A DNA stretch of 39,268 nt. Source: Octopus bimaculoides (Eukaryota). The notes beneath the pieces are model-generated. The model was not told the origin of the DNA and made no database searches. It worked only from the letters and a program-made list of their open reading frames with translations. A program made the translations under genes and the position numbers. This document shows positions 1-11,356 of the stretch, piece after piece. How positions within the stretch are numbered: position 1 is the first letter of the stretch; each line of letters starts with the position of its first letter. The stretch is taken from contig NC_068981.1 in NCBI RefSeq assembly GCF_001194135.2, forward strand, positions 193,651,137 to 193,690,404, written 5' to 3'.

Positions 1-278
1 GTGAAATAGGCGTATAGTATCGAAATGTATTCCTCACGTGTCCATTTATGCCGTTTCGGTTTTGTTTGCGGGACATGAGGAACAACGTCCGGTCCTTTAT
101 TTTGACGGTCATCGTTTTCGTAGGGTACCGGTTCGTTTATTTCTGTTGTCAGATTGTTTTGCACGTTCAGATCTTCGTATTTTTTAAGTAACAAGCTTAC
201 AGTACGCACTTCTCGGTTGTTATTCTTGGGTGTAATAATACCGGTGTTATTTAATCTGTTTGTAATTTTTTTGTACAT
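1..278 (-). mobile_element. 5' end of an R2/R4(Dong)-type RLE LINE ORF, running off the window edge
   Basis: Manual translation from ATG at 278 is open to base 1: MYKKITNRL...PQTKPKRHKWTREEYISILYAYF. The KWTREE-x-x-x-hydrophobic-Y motif resembles the N-terminal Myb-like segment of R4/Dong ORFs. Absent from the ORF track because it has no stop in the window. Confidence 0.55.
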
Positions 279-558
279 GGTGTTTTGGGGTTCGAAGATG
301 GTTTGATTTTGATGTAACACGTGTGTTTACGATCGCTGTGCAGGTAGTGGAGGTATCAAATTAAAATACATCATTATATTTGGAAAGATAGAAAAAAATT
401 TCAATGAGTATTACTTACTCGGATATAATCCAACCCTTTGTCAGCTATTTTTTGGCTCAATGCGATGTCTTTATTTCCGATGTTTTTGGATAAGTTTCGG
501 AGCAGTGATTTATCGTTCTCACATATTAAACTTCCCCGGTGTTATTCTGTCTCCCCGG

Positions 559-560
<2 letters not shown>

Positions 561-616
<56 letters not shown>
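561..616. repeat. (TTA)n microsatellite, 3' tail of the adjacent minus-strand SINE
   Basis: Perfect TTA run abutting the SINE end at 617. Confidence 0.9.
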
Positions 617-824
617 TCAAATTTTTGCCACAAGGGCAGCTTGGGGGAGGCAGGGATGAGTTCATTACATCGACACCAGTGTTCAACTGGTCCTTATTTT
701 ATCGACCCCGAAAGGATAGAAGGTAAAGTCGACCTCAGCGGAATTTGAACTCAGAACGTATCGACGGGCGAAATACCGCTAAGCATTTTGTCCAGTTTGC
801 TAACGATTTTGCCAGCTCGCCGCC
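617..824 (-). mobile_element. tRNA-derived SINE, family A
   Basis: Minus strand starts GGCGGCGAGCTGGCAAAATCGTTAGC (A box-like) and contains GAGTTCAAATTCC (B box); homologous copies recur across the window. Confidence 0.85.
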
Positions 825-935
825 GAAGAAGAAGAAGAAGAAGAAGAAGAAGAAGAAGAAGAAGAAGAAGAAGAAGAAGAAGAAGAAGAAGAAGAAGAAG
901 AAGAAGAAGAAGAAGAAGAAGAAGAAGAAGAAGAA
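825..935. repeat. (GAA)n microsatellite
   Basis: About 37 perfect GAA units; source of the poly-K and poly-R ORFs. Confidence 0.95.
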
Positions 936-2810
936 TCTATTTGTCTATTATTTATTTGTTAATTCTAAAATTCATTTGATTTAATATTTAGCGTTATAGT
1001 TAATTTTATTCGCTTATTCTTCTTTTCACTCTTTAAAATCAAAGTTGTAGATTCAAAGCCACTGTTGATAGATTGAAGAAGTGTAATTTAGAACAATTTA
1101 CTAGGGAACATCTAATGTCAAGATTGGTCACTGTGGTATAGGGTGGTCTGTATTTTGGAGTACAACACGCAGAATCGGAAATGACCAGAGAAGCAAAAGA
1201 AAGGTGGCCTGCTCGGAAAGCAAGAGTACCACCGGGTTTTGATTCTGCTGTTATGTGGCACCACTATAATCGTGGATTTTATGCCGATATTCGTCTAATA
1301 AGTCATCACCCGGCCCATAGAGAGTAAAGCTGCTGTAGCGGTAGCTAGGTAGTTGAATGATCTCCTTGCAAGAAATATTGTAGAGTAACCTCCCTTTACT
1401 AAGTTTCTCGAAGCATCTGTATCATGAGACGTAATTCTTAATTATTCAAGAAGCTTAGCGTTTCTCTTGGAAGTTTCTAGAATGTCTAGCGTTCCATTAA
1501 TAAAAACAGCTTGCTAACCCTGCTCTTCGCTTTTACGTCGATTAGACTTAGAGCCATTCGCGTCATTGCTATGTCCGTCTATTTCTCTACGCCACATGAC
1601 TGAGAGCCACCATTTGGCTGTTATTTCTATGTTTCCTATCTCTGAACTTTCTCACATAGATTGTTCATTCAATTAGATTCTACATTTTGATTATGTTTCA
1701 TCATCGACCAAAAATAAAATATATTTTCATGTAGTAAATATATATAAGTCTTGAATTTATTCTTCAACCCTTTATGAATTCTTGTAATAACATACACGCA
1801 GCCACATCAACACCTCGTACTGACTATATATTTCCACTACACTGCTAACCTGACCATGTTCAGAGACACGAAGAACAAACATAAGTGAAGGTCAAAGAAG
1901 AAATACGTAGCCAACCAATAAAAAACAGAAATCATCCTGACTCAGTCCACTGGATCCACACAATTTCTAAGCATTAACAATAAATAAGGAAACTAGAAAA
2001 TCATATTTCTCTATCAAACAATTTCAAAGAAATGGGCAGTCCGCCACCCCTATACCCACGCGGGTCATGTATCAAAAGCATTTAATAATTGTGGCATTTA
2101 GGCAATAATAAAATTGGAGTAAAGATTGTTTGCCAACATAACATGGCAGTCCTGGCTTAGGACGAATGTTGCTGTAATTTAGTCCCAGGAGACATCGTCT
2201 CCAGCTGGCTATACGACACGATCTGTGTGCTTATATTTTCGAACAAGGGAATCTGCGTGTATATTATTAAAATAGTTCATAAAGAATTGAAGAATAAATT
2301 CAAGCAAAATTGGGCCAAGATTGGAAACTGCTTAATTCAGAGCCCAAGTTGTTGTCTCAATAGGTATTGCAAGAGGAAGAGAGATAATGAGAAGATATGA
2401 CACGAGACCAGCGAGCTCTAAGAAGAAATTACTATACTATTAGTAGAAGTTGGCTAAAGAAGACGTGATTCTGTAGACCAGCTGTTGGAATACATTGGCG
2501 AACGATTTCATGGCAGCCATTTGTTTAAAAATCGATCTAGGATATTTACATATGTATGAACTATATCGTCCCAGTTGTGAAAACAGTATTCGATTTTGTC
2601 GATGTTCTACTGTTTCTATAAGGAGTCCAAAACATAAGACTCGTGTACTCAATATTGACCAATCCTCTTTCACCATTGATTCCCATCTACGTCAGCAGGT
2701 TCATTCAAACTAACATTGCATCTGACCAGATCATTCATTAACCTGTAAAACGAGCGTCTTTCACAAAATTCCTGCAATACAAGGTTCTGTATCTTTAATT
2801 CGATAATATA

Positions 2811-3180
2811 GGCGCAAGCGTGGCTGTGTGGTAAGAAGCTTGCTTCCCAGCCATATGGTCACGTTTTCAGACCCACTGTGAGGCACCTTGAGCAAGTATC
2901 AAGCCTTGTGAGTGGATTTGGTAGAGGGAAACTGAAAGAAGCTCGTCGTATATATGCTGTCTATGTGTGTGTATGTCTTTGTGTCTGCATTTGTCACCCA
3001 CCACCGCTTGACAATTGGTACAGACGTGTTTACGTCCCCGTAACTTAGCGGTTCGGCAAAAGACACTGATAGAATAAGTGCCAGGCTTTAAAATTTAGTA
3101 GGATCGATTCATTCGACTAAAAATTCTTCAAGATACTCCAGTATGGCTGCAGTCTTATGATTGAACCAAGTAAAAAACAA
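2811..3180 (+). mobile_element. tRNA-derived SINE, family B
   Basis: GGCGCAAGCGTGGCTGTGTGGTAAGAAGC head, GCCTTGTGAGTGGATTTGGTAG core, internal (TG/TA) tract, and GCTTGACAA...TTAGCGGTTCGGCAAAAG 3' half shared with many copies. Confidence 0.85.
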
Positions 3181-3507
3181 ACGGGTAATTAAAAATATGA
3201 CTATTGTTAAGAGCGTTTCACAAAGATAATTAAACGATAATTATAAACATTTGTCAAAGATAATTAAAAGATAAAAACTGTTCCCAAAAGCGTGTCGAAT
3301 CAACAATAATAGTTTTGAGGTCATGATACAAGGAAACCGTTTTCTCTGACACATGGCTGAGTAACCAATGAGTGGTAGAAAACTAATCTTCGTCGTTTTT
3401 GTCAGGCTATATGTGTGTGTTAACTGCATGGTTCTACCACCAAATATCCACAGCAGGACTCCCCTGCTTCTCGTGGACCACCCTGATAATAGAGAAATAA
3501 ATGAAGG

Positions 3508-3567
<60 letters not shown>

Positions 3568-3577
3568 GTATACATAC

Positions 3578-3650
<73 letters not shown>
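3508..3650. repeat. (GATA)n followed by (GTA)n microsatellites
   Basis: Perfect runs at about 3508-3566 and 3578-3650. Confidence 0.95.
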
Positions 3651-3855
3651 AGGCGACGATCTGGCAGAAGAGTTAGCACGTCAGACGAAATGCTTAGCGG
3701 TTTTTCGCCCGTCGCTACGTTCTGAGTTCAAATTCCGCTGAGATCAACTTTGCCTTTCATCCTTTTGGCGTCGATAAACTATCAGTGAAACACCGGGGTC
3801 GATGCAATCGACTCATCTCCCCAAAATGGCTGCCCTCGTGATAAAATTTGAAACC
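3651..3855 (+). mobile_element. SINE family A with (ATT)n tail (3856-3918)
   Basis: AGGCGACGATCTGGCAGAA head, GAGTTCAAATTCC B box; 3' end AAATTTGAAAC like the copy at 617-824. Confidence 0.85.
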
Positions 3856-3939
3856 ATTATTATTATTATTATTATTATCATTATTATTATTATTATTATC
3901 ATAATCATCATCATCATCAACAACTTCATCGTTACTGAA

Positions 3940-4150
3940 GGCGGTGAGCTGGCAGAATCATTAGCACGTTGGGCGAAATGCTTAGTGGTATTTCGCCCGT
4001 CGCTGCGTTTTGGATTCAAATTCTGTCGAGGTCGACTTTGCCTTTTACCCTTTCGGGATCGATAAATTAAGTACCAGTGAAACACTGGGGTTGATGTAAT
4101 CGACACATCCCCTTCCCCAAAATTTCAAGCCTTGTACCTATAGTAGAAAG
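3940..4150 (+). mobile_element. SINE family A (TAGTAGAAAG-ended variant)
   Basis: GGCGGTGAGCTGGCAGAATCATTAGC head, GATTCAAATTC B box-like motif. Confidence 0.85.
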
Positions 4151-5745
4151 ATGGTTCGCATAAAGATCGATGGGGTACTATCAGTGGTAAACCTGTGGTG
4201 GATTCTCGCATCGATCCTTTTGGAGGTGAGAAACAGCTTCCTGGAGGTCAAAAGGACAGGCCGTGAAAATTGGTCTGGGGCCAGTGTGGAGGTATTCCTC
4301 CACAGTCAATCAGAAGCTATTCACAAGCTCCCAGACCTCATTCGCCTTCCAGTAGGGGAAGAATTACATGTCACAGTGGGGGGCGAGGGTAGAAGGCCAC
4401 AGCGCCACCTGTGTGGAGCGACAGGACATTTGAGAGCCTTCTACCCCCAACAGAAGACAGGGGACCATAGAAGGTCCTTATTGCCAACACCAGGTTCCCA
4501 AAAACCTCGACAACAACAACAAACAAACCAACAACGGCCAATAACAAAAGCAGCACCAACCCCGGCAGCAATGGCGTCATCACCAAGAAGAACAGCAAAG
4601 CCAATAAACGAAATAAAATCACCAACACCAGCATCAGCAGCAACCCCAGTAACAACAGCAACACCAGCAGCATCAACAACACTAGCAACACCAACAACAC
4701 CAACAACAGATGCTCCAGCTTCACTCTATAACAGTACAAGAGACAATATATAAGGACACACACAGCACCGGGAGGCTCCCTCAACAAAGCTCTCTTACTT
4801 CCTCTCCCCATCTACTTCAAACCCCATTAACTCATACCCCGATTGCACAGACACAGATTCATCGGCAACACGCAGCGGAAAATGAGGAGGAACCCCCAAA
4901 ACCGAAAAACCCGAAAAAGAAACATAAAAATACATCATGTCCCACATCAACACATACACCAAAAAACATAGGAAACACACCCACAGCTTTCACAGATACA
5001 CCTACAGCATCACCAACCTCTCCAGCATCACAATCACAAACTGCTCCACCAACACTGCCCCAACTGCAACAACTGGCCAAAAGAAAGCGCACCCAGTAGC
5101 AACAACCAACCACACAAACACCAAACTTCATGCTACTGAGGAGGGCAAATGAACAATTGATGGACCTCTAAGTACGAACGAAGGATGTCAAGAGAGTGGG
5201 TGTGATCTTTGGCACTAGCACCTTTCAAGTGCCAGAAACACTGATGCTGGTGTGAATACCCACAGAGGCATATAAGCTCATTAGGGAGAGCTTGCCGCAA
5301 GATGTGGGAACCCCTAATATCAAGGCCACGACTAAGCTTTTAAAGGGGTTCCTAGAGAAACCGCAACAATTCATAGACATTGAGCCACCTGACTTCCAGC
5401 GACACCTGAGTGGTAGTTAGACGCCTTTTGTGTCTTCTCCAAATTCCATCCGGTCATCATGGGGAGTTTAATAGTGGGTGGTATAAATGTTCGTGGTCTG
5501 GGATGTCACTATCTATGGATGCGACAGCCGTCAGTGAAACCAGGATTTCCGACACACGCAATCTAGCCCCAAATTTTGACGAGTTTGAGATTTACACATC
5601 TCTTAGTCGGCCTGGAATGGGGAGCGGGGTAGCAGTATTGTTTAGGAAAGGCCTGGATCTCGAGGTATGGACGATCTTCCTGGACCCAGAAGGTAAATTT
5701 GTGGTCCTGGATGTGAGCAACAGCGAAGGTGGTGCATTCAAAACA
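4151..5745 (+). mobile_element. Degenerate L1/Tx1-like LINE: ORF1 plus start of the ORF2 APE endonuclease
   Basis: Decayed CCHC knuckle (EGRRPQRHLCGATGHLRAFYP), T/P-rich linker, ORF2 start at 5459 (MGSLIVGGINVRGLG), then VAVLFRKGLDLEVWTIFLDPEGKFVVLD matching the copy at 20590 (LFRKSLNLKVRTIFLDPEGRLVVLD). Frameshifted. Confidence 0.85.
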
Positions 5746-5756
5746 ATCCACCACAA

Positions 5757-5878
5757 ATTGGTAAAAATTCAGTTGCGTACTGGGGTCGATCTAATCGACT
5801 GACCCCCCCCCCCCCCCCNNNNNNNNNNNNCCCTCCCCAAAAAAGTTTTGGGCCATGTGCCTAGAGTAGAAAAGAATA
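5757..5878 (+). mobile_element. SINE family A, 3' half (small N gap)
   Basis: CAGTTGCGTACTGGGGTCGATCTAATCGAC...TAGAGTAGAAAAGAAT. Confidence 0.75.
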
Positions 5879-5984
5879 TAATCTGGCACATGTATCGCAT
5901 GCGGAATCTTTTATGTACAACGGCATTAAATACGGAATGATACCGAAACAAGTGCAAATGTAGTGAAAGCGTTTTTCCTTTTCG

Positions 5985-6215
5985 TACTTGTCGTGTGTGT
6001 GTGTGTGTCTGTGTGTGTGTGTGGTGCTGCGTTCGTTCCCACACCGCTTAACAAACCATATTTGTTTGCTTACGTCCCCATAAGCGGGCGGCTCGGTAAA
6101 AAAAATTAAGTCCCATACAGTAAGTACTGGAGTTGATTTGTTCATCTAAATCCTTCAAAGCTGTGCTACAGCATGGCCGCTGTCCGATGACTGAATCAGG
6201 TAAAAGAATAATAAA
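5985..6215 (+). mobile_element. SINE family B, 3' half
   Basis: (TG)n then CCGCTTAACAAACC...ACGTCCCC...CAGCATGGCCGC...GACTGAA. Confidence 0.7.
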
Positions 6216-6906
6216 AAAAAAAGAATACTAAATGACACACTTTGTGGAGGAGTATAATCGATAAATGAGTGACGTGATTTTTATTCATACCCAGAAAAAC
6301 AAAAGTTGGTGCTGACTTCGGCTCGATTTGAACTCAGGCTATAATCGATCATAACTAAATATCGTAGGACTCTCAATCTGGTTTTTGTTTTTGGTTTTGT
6401 GTTTTTTGTATGCTAACAAAATTATCCATTCTATTCTTTCTCAATATTTTATTTATGTAAACAGCTGGTGCGTTGTTCAAGCCAGAAATTCTGCTTACGG
6501 CAGATGTCACAACCCTGAGAAAATTGTTCAAATTTTTTTTATTTCGGACATGAAGTTTTATAATTTATTATTTTAACATAAGACTGTCCACATGTAATTT
6601 CTATTTTCGGACAAGTAGCTTCGGACGTGTGTAGCTTCAAATAACTTATTTACAAACATCATTTCATTCGTTTTCTTTTTCCTGAAACAACCAAATCTTC
6701 CATTCCAGTTTTTCAATTATTTGAAATAATAATTCACCCATATCACTGGATTTATTATATCTAAGTTTCCAAAAAACAATATTTACCATTAATATTTTCA
6801 CACAGGGACAGTAAGTCAAATCTTAATATTGTGAATACGCGCTGAACATTCCATCGTTTAGATAATGAAACTTAAGTTGAAAACATGGAAATCTAACTCG
6901 TACATT

Positions 6907-6997
6907 ATGTTCTTTCGGATTCTTGGCAGGAGAAATATTTGGATCAAATCAATCAAATTGCTATTTTGCATTGGAACTATAATTATTGTTTATGAAG
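6907..6997 (+). CDS. Candidate upstream coding exon (type II membrane anchor) of the sulfotransferase
   Basis: MFFRILGRRNIWIKSIKLLFCIGTIIIVYE is a basic tail plus hydrophobic stretch, ending at a strong donor AAG|GTAAGA, in non-repeat DNA. The donor is phase 1, so an intermediate exon is needed to join the phase-0 acceptor at 31625. Confidence 0.3.
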
Positions 6998-7111
6998 GTA
7001 AGATCAAAAACAAAAATTATAATTTGTTTCTTAATCAAAGATTGTTGCAACTCGCACAACACTTTTTTCCTTCTTTCGTTCCATAACGCCCTTCCCTCTA
7101 TCTTTCTTTCC

Positions 7112-7160
<49 letters not shown>

Positions 7161-7171
7161 CTCTCTTTATC

Positions 7172-7481
7172 GTGTTGTGTGTTAAGTAGGCTGCTTCCAA
7201 ACCACGCGATTCCGGGTTCAGTCCCACTGCGTGGCACCTTCGGCAAGTGTCTTCTACTATAGCATCGGGCCGACCAGAGCCTTGTGAGTGGATTTGGTAG
7301 ACGGAAACTGAAAGAAACCCGTCGTATATATATATGTTTGTGTGTGTCTATGTTTGTCCCCCACCACCACCACCAACGCTTGACAACCGATGTTGGTATG
7401 TTTATGTCCCCATAACATAGCGGTTCGGCAAAAGAGACTGATAGAATAAGTACTAGTTGAATGACTGAAACAAGTAAAAGA

Positions 7482-7482
<1 letters not shown>
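7172..7482 (+). mobile_element. SINE family B, preceded by (CT)n 7112-7157
   Basis: GGGTTCAGTCCCACTGCGTGGCACC B box region and family core. Confidence 0.85.
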
Positions 7483-7512
<30 letters not shown>

Positions 7513-7601
7513 CTACAGAAAATAAAATAAATTTGAACGCGGAGTAACCAATGAAACCAGCCTTGAAAATACCCCTGGAAGATGGAGAAGAGTTGCAGTA
7601 A

Positions 7602-7743
7602 GCGGCTACAGAGACTCGAACCCTGTACCTCTCAGATACTGCTGAGCGCTCTATACCATTTAGATAAAAGGCTGCTTAGCTAAATGGTATAGAGCACTCA
7701 GTCGGTATCTGAGGGGTACAGGGTTCGACTCTCTGTAGACGCC
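7602..7743. repeat. Head-to-head inverted pair of tRNA-like sequences
   Basis: Arms 7602-7666 and 7676-7743 are reverse complements (about 90% by eye). Each has TAGCTAAATGGTATAGAGC-like D-arm sequence, a CTCAG/CTGAG stem and a CAGGG-TTCGA-CTCTG T-arm. Confidence 0.8.
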
Positions 7744-8409
7744 TACCTTCGAAATGCGGAGTAGATAAAACAAGGGACAACTGATCTCGTTTCTCTGTTT
7801 CTTTCTTTCGTTGTTCGAAAAAAGTTGGTTTTCTATGTTTTTGTTTTTCATATTCTCGTTTCTCATTTTGCCTACGATTTTTTAATGTCCTGTACCCATA
7901 TATGCATGTATATATATATATAGGTATGTACATATATGTATGTATATATGCATATATTTATATATTATTTATATTATATATTTATATAGCATACGATATA
8001 TATACATATGTATATATATGTTTCTATCATGATATATATNNNNNNNNNNNNNNNNNNNNNNNNNNNNNNNNNNNNNNNNNNNNNNNNNNNNNNNNNNNNN
8101 NNNNNNNNNNNNNNNNNNNNNNNNNNNNNNNNNNNNNNNNNNNNNNNNNNNNNNNNNNNNNNNNNNNNNNNNNNNNNNNNNNNNNNNNNNNNNNNNNNNN
8201 NNNNNNNNNNNNNNNNNNNNNNNNNNNNNNNNNNNNNNNNNNNNNNNNNNNNNNNNNNNNNNNNNNNNNNNNNNNNNNNNNNNNNNNNNNNNNNNNNNNN
8301 NNNNNNNNNNNNNNNNNNNNNNNNNNNNNNNNNNNNNNNNNNNNNNNNNNNTAGATGGCTCCGAAAAAGCTATTATAAGATGTCGTACTCAGCTGTGAAA
8401 GCAGCTTTA

Positions 8410-8555
8410 TTCTTTTACTTGTTTCAGTTATTTGACTGCGGCCATGCAGGAGCACCGCCTTTTTGTCGAACAAATCGACCCCACGACCTTATTGTTTATA
8501 AGCCTAGTACTTATTGTATCGGCGTCTTTTGCCGAACCGCTAAGGCACACACACA

Positions 8556-8605
<50 letters not shown>

Positions 8606-8750
8606 AATACATATACCTGTGCTTCTTTCAGTTTCCGTTCACTAAATCCATTCACAAGACTTTGGTAATCCCGAGGTCATAGTAGAAGACACTTGCCCAA
8701 GGTGCCACAGTGTGGTACTGAACCCGGAGTCATATATTTGGGAAGCAAGT
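8410..8750 (-). mobile_element. SINE family B with internal (CA)n
   Basis: Reverse complement of the family head, core and 3' half. Confidence 0.85.
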
Positions 8751-8759
8751 TTCCCTCAT

Positions 8760-10720
8760 TCACCAAATGCCACATATCAGAGGAAGTTTCAAATAATGGT
8801 GTAGCGCAGTCAACGGCCGTACCCCAGCTTACCACTTGCAAGAAAGCCCTGAAAAAGAAGATGACGTGGTTTTTCATTATTTGAGAAGGATTGCTGGTAT
8901 CCATCAGAGACAGGAGCTGAGTTTGTGTCTACCTCACCTATGCTCAGTGTTATATCTTCTTTAATGTCGATGCAATCAATTTTTATTTCTTTGGTCACAA
9001 GTTTAGAGGCAAAACGTTCTGCTGGTTTGTTCACTTGCCTGTGTCCCAGAGGAATACTGAACACACTTTGGAACTGTTCGTTCAGTATTTCACTTATCCT
9101 CGTTAGGTTTCCTGTAAGGGAGCCATCAGTTTGGAAGAAGTGTCCTATCGTCTAGCATACTGAGCAAACTTAAAGAAAGCTTTAGGGTTTGACTTGATAT
9201 TTTCTATAACCCAGGCTTCCTTATCTGCTCTCTCTCTCTCTCTCTCTGTTTTTGGTAAAACTGATGCAGACTTTTCTCAATCTTCAACAGCGCCCTCTTC
9301 AGGTGGGACTTTTCACTACTTTTGAGGTATTTGTTCAGGTGGTTCGCAATCTTTGTCCGTCGTCTCATAAGAATTTTCCTCTCCTCAGGGATCTTGTTCT
9401 TGCGTATGTTGGCCTTGTGCTCTGGGACAGATTTGACACATATGGCTTGCATTATGGACATGAAATGCTTGTGTTTCATGTCAATGCCTGGTATGGATAG
9501 ACATTTCGACCAATCCTTTGGGAGGATCTCTTTCTCGATCGACTTCAAGCTAGCTTTATGAAAGTTCAGATTGGAGAGATTCGAGTGCTTCGTATATACC
9601 GTATGTCTGTAGCAGCTTTTCGTCCATACGTAGACAGCTCTATTATATTATGATCCGAGACAAGAGTCGATGTCACTTTCACATTATGGATGATGTCCAC
9701 ATTGTTTGTGAAGCAGAGATCCAGTATATTATTTGCCCTGGCTGGTTGCAGCACAATTCGCTCTATGAATGAAGCACTGGTAAGGTGGAGCAGGGACTCC
9801 ATCTGTGCTTGTTTGTGGTCTGTAATTCCTGAGAGTATCTGGCCCTCAGTCCATCCCACACTGGGGAAGTTGAAGTCACCCAAAAGGAATACACTGATGT
9901 GTTGCTCCAGTTTGGTGAGAATTTCTATCTTTGTAAGGCAGTCTTCAAACTCACCTGTATGATTTGGAGCATCCGGTGGGCGATGTGTTGTACATATAAC
10001 AATATTAAGTTGTCTTATGAGTAGAATTTAAGTGTCACACACTGAGTTTGAATATGACAGCAGGACCTGGGGCGTGAGGTCATCTCGGATGTACACGTAT
10101 TACGACATATTTTGGTATGTGTATTTCTGAATCCCCTATATCAAGTCTAAGATGCGTTTCCACAAGTGCTTTGCATAGGGTTTGATTACAAGCAACAAAG
10201 TCTCTCAAGGAAAAGATTTTTGTTTTGCATTTGAGATGCAACAGACCTCCGATGTTCAAAAGAAATATGTTTGTGACGTCTGTGTTTAGTGTTAGTGGTG
10301 GCCATCCTGTATTTGTTGACTGTTGTGGCCTTGTGTGGCCTTGTGTGGCCTTGTGGTGTGGTTCCAAGTTTATGTTTATAACCAGGTCAGCTACTGGACA
10401 ATCTTTTGTGCTATGCACAAAAATGATTTTTGTTCCGTTGCTTCTCACATCTGGGCGAGGTTGGCTGTTTGTTGGATTACGCGCTCCATCTGCATATTGT
10501 CTTTGGAGAGTAAACAGTGTGCAATGTTTTCTTCTCTGGTGCCTTTCTTTTTGTCCTGTTCTCGGAAGGGAGTATAGCTTTGGGCCCATTCAATTTTGAC
10601 AAGGCTTCTAATGTGCAAAGTGGCAGTTTGCGACATCATCACCATACAAGAAGTTTCTTTGCAGGTAAAACCTGCATATGATTCTATTTTTACTTATTTA
10701 ACTCCTGTGTCTTTTGTCGG
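8760..10720 (-). mobile_element. Degenerate CR1-like LINE (ORF1 remnant, APE endonuclease, linker up to start of RT)
   Basis: NIFLLNIGGL...LVETHL, GDFNFPSVGW, NILDLCFTNN and SDHNII endonuclease motifs; KNKIPEERKILMRRR linker; Cys/His remnant YGDDVANCHFAH*KPCQN upstream. Many stops and frameshifts; 3' part cut at the SINE B copy. Confidence 0.85.
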
Positions 10721-10799
10721 GGTCTTCTTTTTCGCCCCAAAGAATTTTGGTTCTTCTTCCTTTTTACCGTTGAAACATTACCATATTGTATGTGCATAT

Positions 10800-10895
10800 A
10801 TTATCTTTCAGTTGTTTCAGTCATTAGACTGCGGCCATGTTGAGGCACCACCTCAAAGACACACACTCTCACATATACATACAAACACACACAGT
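10800..10895 (-). mobile_element. SINE family B 3' end, next to a gap
   Basis: TTGTTTCAGTCATTAGACTGCGGCCATGTTGAGGCACC. Confidence 0.7.
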
Positions 10896-11230
10896 TATAT
10901 ATAANNNNNNNNNNNNNNNNNNNNNNNNNNNNNNNNNNNNNNNNNNNNNNNNNNNNNNNNNNNNNNNNNNNNNNNNNNNNNNNNNNNNNNNNNNNNNNNN
11001 NNNNNNNNNNNNNNNNNNNNNNNNNNNNNNNNNNNNNNNNNNNNNNNNNNNNNNNNNNNNNNNNNNNNNNNNNNNNNNNNNNNNNNNNNNNNNNNNNNNN
11101 NNNNNNNNNNNNNNNNNNNNNNNNNNNNNNNNNNNNNNNNNNNNNNNNNNNNNNNNNNNNNNNNNNNNNNNNNNNNNNNNNNNNNNNNNNNNNNNNNNNN
11201 NNNNNNNNNNNNNNNNNNNNNNNNNNNNNN

Positions 11231-11293
<63 letters not shown>

Positions 11294-11356
11294 TGTATGT
11301 ATACACATACATGCAGGCGTACGTACGTACGTACATACATACATACATACATACAT

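Noticed and set aside
438-984. ORFs with poly-L/Y/I/K/R tracts
   Set aside because: Translations of (TTA)n and (GAA)n microsatellites plus SINE sequence.
1080-2800. Short ORFs and a possible LTR-like AATAAA segment in unique-looking DNA
   Set aside because: No recognisable motifs, paired LTR or convincing splice pattern; left unassigned.
4371-5131. Hydrophobic minus-strand ORFs resembling membrane proteins
   Set aside because: Antisense shadows of the A/C-rich, T/P-coding LINE ORF1 linker.
7602-7743. Functional tRNA genes (Thr-like GGT loop)
   Set aside because: Acceptor stem cannot form 7 bp without overlapping the T-stem, the conserved U33 is missing, and one loop is 6 nt.
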